Of a DNA stretch of 64,000 bases, positions 26,845-40,404 are shown in pieces. The stretch is from Eledone cirrhosa. Lineage: Eukaryota. The notes beneath the pieces are model-generated. The model made no database searches, was not told the origin of the DNA, and worked only from the letters and a program-made list of their open reading frames with translations. The stretch lies in contig OZ024755.1 of the NCBI GenBank assembly GCA_964016885.1, positions 5,022,001 through 5,086,000 on the forward strand, given 5' to 3'. Made by a program: the position numbers and the translations under genes. How positions within the stretch are numbered: position 1 is the first letter of the stretch; each line of letters opens with the position of its first letter.

Positions 26845-27115
26845 AGTTAGGGTGGTGGAATTATGATCATAATATCGTAGGTTTTATTCCTGCATCTGGT
26901 TGCATGTTGTATTCTAGAACAAAACATTTCATTGCACGTTGTTCCAGTATACCCAGCTGAAAATGAATACCAGCAGTATCTGGAGGGTTTAACCCTGTGA
27001 TGGACTACTGTCCTGTCCAGGGGAGAGTCTTGTACTCTCAGTCACTTCACGCTACAGAAACTGGAATAAGTACTGACCTAACGAACCACCGGATTTGAGA
27101 CAAACTTCAGATTTT
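26845..27115 (+). mobile_element. V-domain-like SINE; copies at about 25370-25595 and 60360-60560
   Basis: tRNA-like head followed by aaccctgtgatggact...cctgtccagggg...cttcacgctacagaaac. Confidence 0.65.
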
Positions 27116-27126
27116 TAAACTTATAT

Positions 27127-27165
<39 letters not shown>

Positions 27166-28437
27166 CATACATTCATATATATCTTGCTAGCAAGAAAAGC
27201 AGATGTTAAAAAGACTATATCATCATCATCATTTTACGTCCACTTTTCCCTGCTTGCAAGGGTGGGATGGGAACTGATTCTGGCTTGATTTCTACAGCTG
27301 GATGCCCTTCCTAACACCAACCTCATTTACAGTGAGTGCTGGGTGCTTTTTTGCCGTGGCACCTACACGTCCACTTTACAGTGGAATGATAGGGACCCCA
27401 GTCCCTATCATCTCATTTCTACAGCTGAGTAAACTGGAGCAATGTGAAATAAAGTGTCTTGCTCAAGGAAACAACACATCACCCGGTATGAGAATTGAAC
27501 TCACAACCTTTCGATTGCAAGGCCAAGCAAGAAATTTAAGATTTTTGTGACTGAAAAAAAATAGGAAAATGTGATGGATATTAACAAAATAACTTCAATA
27601 TGATTGACTGACTTCTCATTTTATCAGTCAGATGTTTTTAGAGGTCATTGATCTACTCCGCCAATTAACTCCAATTGCTGGTCAGATTTTACAGGCCAAT
27701 CCAACTGGCAGGAGACCCAGTGGTAAGCCCTAAGCAGGATGGTTGGATAACATCTCTGAGCTTGGCTGGTCACAGTTGAGGATCTAGCCGGATCAGTTGG
27801 AGACAGTTGTTAGTGACAGGACCCACTGGAAGGAGTGTTTGAGGACTCTGGCCCCATGACCCTCTCAGGAATAAGTGGCAAAGAAGAAGAATTGATTCAA
27901 ACTGAATTAAAAATTAAGCCACAGTTCAATTTACAAAGACCTTATCAATATACTAATGAAAGTAATTCATTTAACATAATGATAATTTCTTATAGAATAA
28001 CAATTTTTGTGTTATAGGAAATGTGGGAATAATATTTTGTATTCTTTATGATAATTCATATTGGAATGAAATATATTTCCCCAAGAAATTAAATCAAATT
28101 ATTTCTACAGTGAATTAAAGCCAAATCACTCAGAATATCAAGAACATACTGCCAAATTTGTTGTAATAAAAAAAATATTTCACTTTTGAACTTATTTTTT
28201 AAAGTGTTAAATAAATACATCTGCAAGTATAAGCAAGAATTTTAGAAATAATTTAAAAATAAAATTAAAATTAATGTAATTTATTTTTGTTATATTCCTA
28301 ATAAGTAAACAATTTGATACAAATTAATTAAGTAATTTTATGGCGAATTAGAACACGAATCAGGCATATACTATACAAATATTATTTGAATAACTAGGCA
28401 ACACTGATATATTAACTAGACATGCAGTAGTTTTTTT

Positions 28438-29403
28438 TCATTTTTGTTTTTTCATTGCTTGCCTATGGTTTAAAATACATGTGTGTAAAATTATAATCAG
28501 TGAAATTAGTAGAAGCTGCACAAGGACAATACTAATACTGTAATGAAAATAATTATAAAACCATTGTTTTGTAATGGTGTTTTTCCTGGTAGCCATGTCA
28601 ATTTGGACTCCTCTCATTTGATAAAATGTGCTAATTATGCCAAAAATATGAAAAAGTTGATGACTGTGTAAAACAATATCAAAACATCCAGGTTTAAAGC
28701 GTTCTGGAAAATGTGAGACATACATAACTACGGCCATAAAACAGTATACAAACTGTTTCATGTGATAAAATTTGGAATAAAAGCTCTCCTCAAATGAAAT
28801 AAATAAAATAAGTATGGGTATATTGTCAAAAAAATAAGGCAATGAAAATACACAAATTCTAAAAATTTGTTCATATTTTTTAGTAAATCGTGATTGGCAT
28901 GACAAAAATGTTGACAAAAGAGAACTAAAAAATGCTATAGGCAAGTACCATTTTCCAAACCAAGTTAACTCAAGTGCTTGAGGAAAGGCATAGGCGCGAT
29001 AAGCAATGGAACTTCCTAAGCTATAAAGACTTACAGCGCCATAATCTATAAAAAAACAAATATGTCTAGCATTATCAGACAAAGCAAGGAACATATGAGC
29101 CATGGAACTAGCAAGCGGAAATAGAATACAAGTTACAAGGTAAGCAATTAAAGGTGAGTTATAATTATTTTGCAGAAAATCTTTGCTGTATGCTTGACAA
29201 ATTGTATAGAAAAAATATAAAGATGGCAAGAAATGGGTCCAAAAATTAAAGGTTTCATTAGTTGGTGTGAATACACTACAGACACACTGGAATATGGTAC
29301 TTTGTGGGTAACGATATCCAGTGAGAATAAAATGTTCACGAAAGTCTTCAGGAATTTGTTCAACAGAACACAAAGATCCGATAATTCTTTGAAATACCAT
29401 CAT
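28438..29403 (-). CDS. PAQR5: PAQR-family membrane progestin receptor gamma-like protein, single coding exon, 321 aa
   Basis: Intact multi-TM ORF with PAQR motifs ILTGYR, NETFNFWTH, SSMAH, ARHICFFIDYGAVSLYSLGS, PERFKPGCFDIVLHSHQLFH. A splice acceptor (cttcag) lies about 21 nt upstream of the ATG. PAQR5 vs PAQR6 orthology is not resolved. Confidence 0.88.
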   Translation of the reverse strand: MMVFQRIIGSLCSVEQIPEDFREHFILTGYRYPQSTIFQCVCSVFTPTNETFNFWTHFLPSLYFFYTICQAYSKDFLQNNYNSPLIAYLVTCILFPLASSMAHMFLALSDNARHICFFIDYGAVSLYSLGSSIAYRAYAFPQALELTWFGKWYLPIAFFSSLLSTFLSCQSRFTKKYEQIFRICVFSLPYFFDNIPILILFISFEESFYSKFYHMKQFVYCFMAVVMYVSHFPERFKPGCFDIVLHSHQLFHIFGIISTFYQMRGVQIDMATRKNTITKQWFYNYFHYSISIVLVQLLLISLIIILHTCILNHRQAMKKQK

Positions 29404-30587
29404 TTCTAATTTTCTATGTCTAATCTGAAGTTAGAATAAAAAAGAAATAAGAAATTTAATCATTAAGAGACCTTGCTTTAAAAATGATTTTTTTGTAACA
29501 AAAACAAAAATACAATAAAATAAAAAAAAAGAATTTTATGCAATTAACAAAAAACAAAAGTAGAAATTAATAAAAATGGAAATATTCAAGAAATGTTATT
29601 TAAGAGATTGGTGCTAATTCTCAGGGAGTTTCAACGCGACACAATAAGTGACAAGGTTGGCTCTTTGAATTACAGGTACAGTTCATCCATATTTCCAAGT
29701 ATGTATAATATCTAAACAACCACAAGGAAATACTCAACCAAGGGGCTTATCAGTGGGAAGGGAATAGGTTATTTTAGCAAGAGTGTATGGAGAATTAATG
29801 CGGTGTAGTAAATAAATATTAAATAATTAAAGTAAGATTTTGTCACAGAAATATTTTATAAATGACTATAAAATATGTCTTCTTTTTGTCTACAATCTAG
29901 GGACTTTGTATGTCACACGAGTCCTTGGAAACTTCCTCTTCAACGTGCAAACCTTAGTAAGGGTTTTGTGGAAGACCAGCTGTTGCCCATTCATGCTACC
30001 ACTGTTGTTTTAGATAAGGGCCAATCCAGTTTGGCACCAGTTTTAATCACAAACTTAGAACACAAAGGGCTGGGAGAGAGATAGAGATACCAAATGGAAG
30101 GCCAAGTTGATCTTAGCATTGTCGTACTTACCAAAATCCTAAACTCATTCGCCAACGTATGTCTTTATTCAATGTTTAATCAATTTCAGTTTCAGAGTTG
30201 CGTCCCTTACCTTTGATAAAAATTATAATTCATGCTAATGATTTTTTTTTTCATTATATGTGTAATTTTAATCAATTAAAATATATTTTTTAGTTCACTA
30301 TATTAGTTAGACCCCAGGCGTTAAGCAGTGGGTTGGAAGGTTCTACAAAATAGTAGAGACCTTTTTGGTAAGATACCAGAAGGCTTTGATGTAATTTTGT
30401 AGGTGAGGAAAGCTTGCAAGCTGCATTGTGTAGAAAAGCATCTGTTGATTTTCTGAGTTGTAATGGTGGGTAAAGTTACCTGCTGTTATTAAATGTCACT
30501 AAAGAGAGTTTAGAAATTCCAGAGTTCCAGGTGAATGGAATGAGGTGTGAAAAAACAACAACAAAAAACAAGTTTGTTAGCATATAC

Positions 30588-30752
30588 CAGACCTGCTAAC
30601 CTCTAAAAACCCAAACAGGGAGTACCATGAAAAAAAGTGCCCCCAAACAGGGAGAAATGAGGCAAAATGGGGAGATTTTACATAATGAAAGCTATACCCA
30701 TTTTCACAAGAGGAAACATCTCCCTGTTGGATGGAGTGAGTTGACAGGTCTG
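30588..30752. mobile_element. hAT-like MITE
   Basis: Imperfect terminal inverted repeats cagacctgctaacctc ... gagttgacaggtctg. Confidence 0.5.
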
Positions 30753-33239
30753 CATTTGTTGTTAGCAGTAATCACTGTAAGGTTGGTGTAACTCCAACAA
30801 AATAGCTGATTTGAAGTACTAAAAGTACCTTAAGCAGGTGTGGTAGTGTGGTAGAAAGTTGCGATATGTGTTAGCTTTATTAAACAGTGACAAAATGATC
30901 CAGTGGGTGCAGAGAAGGTTGGGTTGGGTGTAGTTATATAAATCAAAGACATACCATACATACTTAAATATAAGCCAGCCCCATTGTTTTATGCCTGAGA
31001 AATGGACAAAAATCCAAACCTTATTTATGTAGAATTTGAAGTTGGTGAAATTCGTGACAATATTGACCAGTTTAGTATTGGGGGTCGATTCTTCCTCTAT
31101 ATCACTTTCTCACTTCCATTCTCTCACTCTTTCTATTCTTCTCTGGAAGAAATCTACTGTATTCAGACCTGGAGAGGAGATAGGCTCTGCCAGGCTTAAA
31201 CAATGCCCTAGTAACACTGCATTTCAATATGGTGCCCCTATGACTATCAGGAGTTACGGGACCTTACATACTATGCATATCTGTCTACTATTTCATTTTG
31301 TATGTACACATCAAGGTGAAACCCTAAAATAAGCTGTTAAACTTGTTTGTTTGTTCCAACAGTTTCTCTATCATGTTAAATGTCATAAACAATTACATTC
31401 CTGCAACTGGTGCAGCCAGTTGTTAGGGTGCCACAGGTACAGCCAGCCATTAGGGTGCCACGCTAGATGTGCCACTGGTGCAGCCTGCCGTTGGGGTGCC
31501 ACTGGTATAGCCAGCCGTTGGGGTGCCACTTTAGATGTGCCACAGGTGCAGCCAGTCATTAGGATGCCACAATGAAGTGTTTTGCTCAAGAAAACAACAT
31601 GCAACCCAACCCATGACATTATGATTGTAAGTCCAACACCCTTACCACTAGGCCATGTGCCTGAAATATGAACTTGGCTTTGATTTGTTGTTTTTATCAT
31701 ATATTTTTATCTTCAATATTGATGTCATTTTCTCATATACTCATTGAATCATCTGATTGTCATACTGACCTCAGGTAGACCGTATTCTGTTGTATTGATT
31801 ATATTAATGACTGTTAAAAACAATCATTAATGATACACAAGATTGTTATACGATACTCACCCCCCCCCCCTCTTCATTTGTTAATGACATTATATCTACT
31901 AGCAGAAAAACCACCCGATGGGTGGTTTTCTGCTAGCAAATGTAGTGTGCATATTGATATTATACGCAAGTATATATATATATATACATGTAGATATGAT
32001 ACATCCAATAAAATCGTAATTGACAATATACACAGAAATTGAAAGACTGCATTACGCTGTCTTATGTAATCAGTAACGTAATCCATGGTACATTAAAAAC
32101 AGACGATAGTATATATAAACTGCATTAGGAGAAAATTAGTGACGGAAATATATGAATTTTTATTTAAGCGATCGCTAACCAGAAGTGTTGACATTTGAAC
32201 ATTTTAAAGAAGTGAATCTTTAAATAAGCAATAAAATATATTTAATCAACAGCTACGAAATTTAGTAGATAAATTATGTAATATTCATTCATTATTTATT
32301 CAAAGTAATCCAACTTATTTTACTAATTAGATTAAAAGAAATAAACTGTATGCAGTCCCATACTCCTTACTTTATTATAGTTTAGATATTCAGAGTCTAT
32401 GACAAGAAAACAACAGAGAAAAATGTCATCAAATATTACTTTTTTAAGTTGGATGGATTAAAATAGAATATTTAGTTAAGATGGTTGGATAACATCCATG
32501 AGCTTGGCTGGTCTCGCTTGGGATGGGTGTTGGGGTCCAGTCCAGCTGGATCAGTTGGAAAAGTGATTCTACTTTGGAAAATGAAGTCAAGTTATACTGA
32601 GAAAAACATGGCGTGAGTATTTTAATTTTAATTAGGTGATCTACACAATAAAAGCAACCCAGTAAAAGCTGTAAAGTGGTTAGTGATAGGAAGGGCATCC
32701 TGTCATAGAAAGCTTACCAAACAAGGGTTAGGAGGATCCTTCAGTTTATCTCAAAAGACACGACAACTTCACCTCTGCACTCGATAATGACTATATAAGC
32801 GGAATACAGACCTTCTAGGACTGTCTGAGACGGCAGTGTCCCCCCCCCCCCCCCCACTTCAGTACTGACTATGTAAACCCAGCCAACCCTTGCGTGGATG
32901 TTAAATGATGATGATGTGAGTTCTTTATAAGCAATAGATATATTTCTATATTTGGTAGTAAAATAATATTTATATTTTTTAATAATTAAATGTCATTTGA
33001 TGTTAGAGTTATGGTTAAGGTTAGTACCAAAGTTATGAATTAAAAATTAGAAATGAAAGATACAGGTATAGTGTTACGACAAGGATTGACACAATAATTT
33101 TGCTTATTACCTTAATTCATAAATAATAATTGATTATTCTCGGGTCCCAAATAATAGGAGGAGGGATCTAAAACATTAATAAGCAGGAGGGGACAATTAT
33201 TTGAGACCCGTGAGTATTTAATAGTTTGGTTTCTGAGAT

Positions 33240-33430
33240 AATAATGATGAAAGTTATTGTGTACAGTGCTCAGGTGCACTGCAACTCATCAAAGGTGCAT
33301 GTATAGTACATAGAATAATGTACAAAAGTCAGGAAAGTGAACAGTGTACGAGTCATGATATATATACAGATACATGCGTGCGTGTGTATGGAGGGGGAAT
33401 ATCAGGTGTAGTGTTGGCGAATCTCAGAAG
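33240..33430 (-). mobile_element. 3' end fragment of the same CR1-group LINE family
   Basis: Reverse complement aligns by eye with about 56480-56665 (gattcgccaacactacacct ... gtgcacctgagcact ... tacacaataa.tttcat). Confidence 0.85.
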
Positions 33431-34209
33431 TATATTTATAAAAGTTCAGAAAAATACTTACAAGCTTTTTTAAAGTAAGTTTAATATAGTCTGTTAATCT
33501 TGCAGCAATCACAACCTTGGCAGCCATCTTTAACAACTTAGTCCCAGAAAATTAATTTCAGCTACATATAATAACTTCTTGAAAACTCTAAAAAGGAAAC
33601 AAGAAAATTGTTTTCTAAAGAGTTTTGAATTCAAATATAAACATTTTAAATTACATACAAAAAAATAGAATATTTCTCATAAATATTCAATTATTTATAA
33701 AATTATAAAGCTTTAAAATGGAATCATCATCATCATCATCATTTTACGTCCGCTCTTCCCTGCTTGCAAGGGAATAAATAATGTTACTTTAAAAGATTTT
33801 GAATTTTTTTTTTTTAATTACAGGAATACACTACTTTATTTTGCAAATGCAATGCAGTACTAAATATTTAAATGCTAGTGGAAAAAATTTCTAAGAATAC
33901 TAATCAAAGAGCAATTAAAAATATATATATATATAAAAAAAAAGCTATTTCAAAGTTTCTAAATTCTAAATTACTACCATCAGCTATGATACTTTTATTT
34001 CAACTATTTCTATCATTAATTACAGAAAAACACCTAGACAAGAGAAAGTATCTAATTTTAACTAGCAGTTTATAGACTTCATTTCATACCTCTTCACATG
34101 TATTTAATGTCTTTGTTCCCCATCAGTCTGCTAGAGATTCCTGGTTCCATGCAAAGAAATACATATTAATTAAAACTAAAAATCATTGCTTTTATAACAC
34201 AAACACATA

Positions 34210-34256
<47 letters not shown>

Positions 34257-37200
34257 TAAAATAATATCCATCTATCTATCTCTCTCTCTATATATATATA
34301 TATATACACACACACATTTCATCATCATCATCATCACCATTTAACATTTTTCCATGCTAGCATGGGTTAGACAGATTGTCTCATTGTGAGACTAGTCAAA
34401 ACAGACGACCATGTCTTGCCCATACAGAACCATTTCTGGCTTGGTTTCTATGGCTGGATGCCCTTCTGAACACCAACCACATATACAGTGTAGTATGGGT
34501 GCTTTTTATCAATAACACACTTTATTTAACGTTGCTCCAGTTCACCCATCCACATAACTTGTGCCAATCTGTATTGGCTTTGGTCTTTCCCTTGGACAAC
34601 ATCGGATGTATGGAGAGAGGAAAATGGTATGGAAGGATGACTACTGGTCTTCCACAAAAACACCTTGCCCATGTTTGCGCTTTATTATTTGGGAGCTCAA
34701 ATCCCACCAAGGTTAACTTTGCCTTTCATCCTTACGGGGTCGATAAAATAAAGTACCAGTAATGTACTGAGTAATTGCTCGCCTTGTACTAAAAGTAGAA
34801 ACAATTATTTGGGATCTGAGAGTATATGATCCTGGAAGGTAAAATAATTTGTTACAATTATGCAGAGACACACAACTAACTTTTAGACACCTCACACTGA
34901 TAATACATACACACACATACAAAACATACATCCACATACAATACATACACACACATACAATACATACACACACATACAATACATACATCCACATACAAAA
35001 CATACATCCACATACAAAACATATATCCATGAATGACACCCGAGTAAAAGCCATTCTAATTTGGTAATAATATGCACACACAGACACACACACAGGCACA
35101 ACTAACTTTTAGATACCCCAAACGGATAACACATTACAGGTTATAATACATATACACAATACAAGACATATCAAACACACAACACTGAACAGTGCCCTAA
35201 TATAAGTGAAAGTCACCCTACTATAAGAATGTTTATACACAGGAAAGGAAGAATATACTCCTATGTAACCATGCATTTAAACCAAACACAGTGCCAAAAC
35301 CTTTCCTGCATACTATGGCATTTGAAAGGATAAATACAACGATATCAGATTACGAGACACCAATAATTGCACCATTTTCCAGTAGTGAAAGAAGTTAGAC
35401 ATCATTATCATCATCATCACTGTTTTACATGTATAATCAAATTCAATCACAAAAGATGCACACAATTTGACATAAAAATCACGGAGAATGACCCCATTAT
35501 GCAACGCTAATGCACCAACAATACCAAAACCATTCCTGTAGATTACCATGTTAGTATAATGGTAGGTTGTAATAATACTACAACATAACAGACACTAACA
35601 TGAACAGAACTGAGAAACAGTCAACAAAATTACGTGATTAACTGAAGACATAGACAGTCCCACTGTACATACACCCACCCACCCATGACACCAGTCCAAA
35701 TTATCTCTATTATCTATTAAATGCAGAGTTACCCCATTATGCAACCCTCCTACCACATCCACTCCACATATAATATCATCCATAAAAAGACTTAAACCAA
35801 CATAATCCTTTCCCCTTTCTTTTCTATTCTCTCCTCCTTCCTGACATTAATCAAAAGAAAATAACCGTTGAATGAGATCTAACAACTAGAACACAAAGAC
35901 ATAATGCCTAGCTAGTGGAAGACAAAGACTTAATGCCTATCTACTGGAAGACAGATTTACATTAACAAACTACCACAACCATAAAATACAACAACCTAGA
36001 TACATAAACACCCCCTTCCCCCCACTGCCTCCATAAAAAAACCTACTTTTATCTATAGCAACTATAGAACCGGTCAAACTAGATCTACCTCTACAATCCC
36101 CACCCCCCATGTACCTCCAGTCCACACTGTAAGGTGGTTCTGTAGCTGTCACAACAAAAAAGCACCCAGCCCGCTCTATAAGATGGTTGTCTTGGTTGAC
36201 ACGATAAAAGGCAAAGGCGCCCAGTCCACACTGTAAAGTGGTCGTTTTGGTGTCATGACAAAAAGCACTCAGTACACACTGTAAATGTGGTTGGCATTAG
36301 GAAGGGCATCCAGCTGAAGAAACCAAGCCAGAAACAGTTCTGTATAAGCAAGACGCGGTCATCTGATCCGGCTTGTCTCACAATGAGACAACTTCTCCAA
36401 TCCATGATAGCATGGAAAAATGAATGTTCAACAATGATGATGATGATATGCATATCTGTGTGTGTGAGTGCATATGTATATATATAGATATATAATGCGT
36501 CATCCTAATACCTTTATTTTTTTAAATTTATATAAACTACACTTTTCAAAGCTTACATTAAGAATGAGGATAAGGCGAATTTAATACCTGCTTTTAAAGC
36601 AAGTTTATGCAGTTGTTTTTATGTAAGTTTATGCAAGTTTATGCAGTCGTTTATCCCCACACCCACTGACTTTTATAGGATACAACTGAAAAAAACTGCA
36701 TTATTTATGAGAAGACCCAACAATATATATATAGTGTAATTTGGTAAAGAATATTTAAAGTTGTGAGAGCACTCAGTCTGTGGGAAGAGTTGTGGTATAT
36801 AAATATTTATTATATTAAAACAATGGTGTCACATTGATACAATTGTTTCTCTGTCTGATTCAGTTTTTTTTACAGAAATAGGCTCCAGGTCCTCAGCCTA
36901 TATATAGACACCCTTTTATAATGGTTTCATTTTTCTCCTTCAAATTGGAGAAAGTTCCAAAAGAGAAGAAGAAAGAGTAAGAAATATATAGGGAGGGGTG
37001 TTTTAGATATATAGAGTGGGAAAGGAAAAGTAAGGGAGGTGAATTGGTAATTAAAAAGGAGGGTAGTTAGATAAAGTCTATTAAAATTAAAGGGAGTTAA
37101 CAGTTGAAGGGCCCAAATAAAAAAGTAAAATAAAAAAATGAATGATTAGGTTTATAGAGGAGGGTCCACGACAAAGTAAATAGGTGATATTAGTGGCCAA

Positions 37201-38081
37201 TGGGCAGTATGTCCAAAGTTGGGAGAGCACAAGGACACACATGGGCTGGTGTCATTAAAAATGTACCTAACATAGTATGTATGGTGGTTGGTGGTAGGAA
37301 GGGCATCCAGTCGTAAAAACCAAGTCAAATATGGAACATCACAAGCAACACTTGTTACTCCGACTAGTCTGGTCTCGGACTATGACAACCTGTCCAATTT
37401 ATGTGGACAGTATAGAAAGGGGACATAATAAATAATTGTTTCTACTTTAGGCACAGGGCCAGCAATTTGAAGGGAAGGGGAAAGTTGATTAAATTGACCT
37501 CAGTGTATTACTGGTACTTTATTTTATCAACCCCATAAGGATGAAAGATAAATCTAACCTTGGCAGGATATGAAATCAGAACATAAAGAGGTGTAAAAAA
37601 TATATATTTCTCTTCCCACACCTCTCTCTCTCTCATTTATATGTAACAATCTTTTGTTCTTCTCTTTCTGCCTTACTTCAGACTCTGTATTTTACTCCTC
37701 GTTTGCTCTCTATTTATTTCTCTATTATATTTCCCCCTCTGTCTCACTCAGGTGCTCTGCTGTTGTCACCAACGCTCTTACTTTCTATGTCTATGTAATT
37801 CTCTTTCCCTTTTTTATCTCCTCTTTCTCTCTCCCTCCCAAAACTTTGGAACATTTTCTTTATTCAACAGTTGTCATTTAAATAATTTATACATCAACAG
37901 TTATTTCATTAAAAAAAGGAAATAGACAATATATATATGTGTGTGTGTAAATATGTAATGTTTGTGTGGAGAGGATACGCAGTTATTATTAAACATTCTC
38001 ACTTGCACATACACGCACACACATACATATACATATATATAATATAATATAAGATCAAAAGATGGTTAAAAGAGTTCCATG

Positions 38082-38152
38082 TATTTTATTATGCGCATTT
38101 CAAAAACAAATATCATCGTGAGATGACATTTGCATTTTCGTCAGATAAAATA
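38082..38152 (-). ncRNA. Inverted copy of the type-I hammerhead motif
   Basis: Reverse complement of 38270-38340 with two substitutions, both in stem/loop II. Confidence 0.8.
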
Positions 38153-38269
38153 GGGAGACATGATATGAAGGTTAAAAAACACTTGTGAATAGTGCAGTTT
38201 TAAATCAACAAATCAACATATCAACTGCACTATTCACAAGTGTTTTTTAACCTTCATATCATGTCTCCC

Positions 38270-38340
38270 TATTTTATCTGACGAAAACGCAAATGTCATC
38301 TCATGATGATATTTGTTTTTGAAATGCGCATAATAAAATA
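38270..38340 (+). ncRNA. Type-I hammerhead ribozyme motif
   Basis: TATTTTAT-CTGACGA-aaacgcaaatgtcatc(tcat)gatgatatttgttttt-GAAA-T(GCGC)A-TA-ATAAAATA. 8-bp stem I, canonical core, long stem II, palindromic stem III. Predicted cleavage after 38332. Confidence 0.82.
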
Positions 38341-38620
38341 CATGGAACTCTTTTAACCATCTTTTGATCTTATATTATTTATACTCCAGTCCTACAAACT
38401 GTAGAGTGCTACTTATCTGATATCTGCATTGCTTTATTGTACTACAATAAAACTCACCTCCTACACACACATATATATATATATATATAACAAAGGAATT
38501 GTGGTAAGGAACCAAATGGACCATAACGCACCAGAGTACTTAATACTTAGGGTAGTAGAGTGGGAAATAGGAAAAAGTATGAAGGACGTCAGAGCTCAAG
38601 CCGTTTCGACGGCTATTTCT

Positions 38621-38665
<45 letters not shown>

Positions 38666-39481
38666 CACATTAAACGCTATGCATGTCAAGTGACATCTTT
38701 AATTCACTTTCAATTAGCGATTATTTTCCTTTTATTTCTTTTTTTAATTTGTTAGGTCTGGGGGAGGGGCTGCACCTCTGACATTTGCAGTCCTCAGAGA
38801 TCAGTGAGACTGAAGTCATTAAGGTTTAGTTAGAATTATTGTAAGTTAACTCTTTCGTGAAAGACATGCAGCAAAAGAATTCTAGAGGGACTATGTTGAG
38901 TGGGGTGGAAGGAGTGTGCATAGTGATTAGTGCAGGACCAGTGGTGGTAGGGGTGGATACGATATAGGTGATGAATGGAGGAGAGACAGAGAGAGAAGGC
39001 GAAGTGAGGCATGAGTCTCTGAGTGAAAGTGGTATGAGGTCAACCAACTCTGAGGAGCAGATGTCATTGTATTAGTGGTAGAAATATGGGCCAGAAGCTG
39101 GAGTATGTCTGTTAGTGACTTTATACTAGTCAGATGAGAGGCCACCTTCTGGATGTGGTCCGTATATGTTTGGCAACAGTACCATCTTAGATGTGGAAAC
39201 ACTACTCCATTGTGCGTTTTACTTAAACATTGTAGAGTCAAAAGTTGTTCAGAAGTGTGTGGGGGGGAGGGGGTCTGAAGAGAAGAGCCAGTATGTTTGA
39301 TGTACTTTTATCTGTTTAGGATGCGTGTTTGCAAGCATGGAAGCATGGAAAACGAACGTAAAAATGATGATGATGATATATATATATAGTCTAACCCATG
39401 CTAGCGTGGAAGATGGACGTTAAACGAAGATGATGATGATATATATATATATATATATATACATATAAATATATATATAAG

Positions 39482-39677
39482 AAAAAGTATGACCCCAACG
39501 GCAGAGCTCAAGCCGTTTCGACAGCTATTTCTGGACTATTTCCAGAAATAGCTGTCGAAACGGCTTGAGCTCTGCTGTTGGGGTCATACTTTTTATTATT
39601 TCCCACTCTACTACCCTAAGTATTGAGTACTCTGGTGCGTTATGGTCCATCTGGTTCCTTACCACAATTCCTTTGTT
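39482..39677 (+). mobile_element. Fold-back element (54-bp arms plus tail) in (TA)n; related copies at about 38487-38624 (-) and 53555-53636 (-)
   Basis: Arms 39482-39535 and 39541-39594, 5-nt loop. The tail cccactctactaccctaagtattgagtactctggtgcgttatggtcc recurs inverted in two other (TA)n tracts. Confidence 0.75.
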
Positions 39678-39690
39678 ATATATATATACA

Positions 39691-39982
39691 TACAGTGGAA
39701 CCTCAGTTCATGAACTTCGTTCCTGAAAGCCGTTCGTCACTCGAAATGTTCGTAAACCGAAACTATTTTTCCGATATGAAATGTTGAGATACGACAGAGA
39801 GACAGTATGTGAAAGACATACTAACTAACTACAAAGCAGTGGTAAAGTGACACTTTACCACAAATACTCCCAGCTTGTTGCCAACCGCTGTTGCTGGTTT
39901 GCATGTTCATTACTCAAGACACCGTTCGTCATCCAAGATGCTTTAAGTTCAGAAAAATTGTTCATGAACCAAGGTTCTAGTG
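39691..39982. mobile_element. Pogo/Tigger-like MITE
   Basis: Terminal inverted repeats TAcagtggaacctcagttcatgaac ... gttcatgaaccaaggttctagtg. A lone end occurs at about 59487. Confidence 0.65.
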
Positions 39983-40370
39983 TGTGTGTGTGTGTGTGTG
40001 TATACATACAGAGAGAGAGAGTCTACAGTGCTGAGACTGGGGAGACCACTGATCATGAGAGTACTCAATACATGATGAGATGCAGAGTAGGTATAGAGAT
40101 ATATAAAATCCTAAACCGCAGTGCCAAGCAGTTTCGGATTGTGTGAAACCACTGAGCCCCGCGGTTGGGATTTCACATATCTCTCTTTCATTATTGGCAG
40201 TATCGGTAGAGGGTCGGACGCCATGCTTTGACACATAGTTATGGCCCTTGCCATTCTCAGTTCAAATCCCGCCGAGGTTAACTTTGCCTTTCATCCTTAC
40301 GGGGTTGATAAAATAAAGTATCAGTAATGCACTGGGTAATGGCTGGCCTTGTGCCAAAAGTAGAAACAAT

Positions 40371-40404
<34 letters not shown>

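Larger units (their letters stand above)
38044..38462 (+). mobile_element. Fold-back element (156-bp arms plus tail) in TA/CA microsatellite, Penelope-like remnant
   Basis: Arms 38044-38199 and 38223-38378 are near-perfect reverse complements with a 23-nt loop. Tail to about 38462. Confidence 0.8.
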
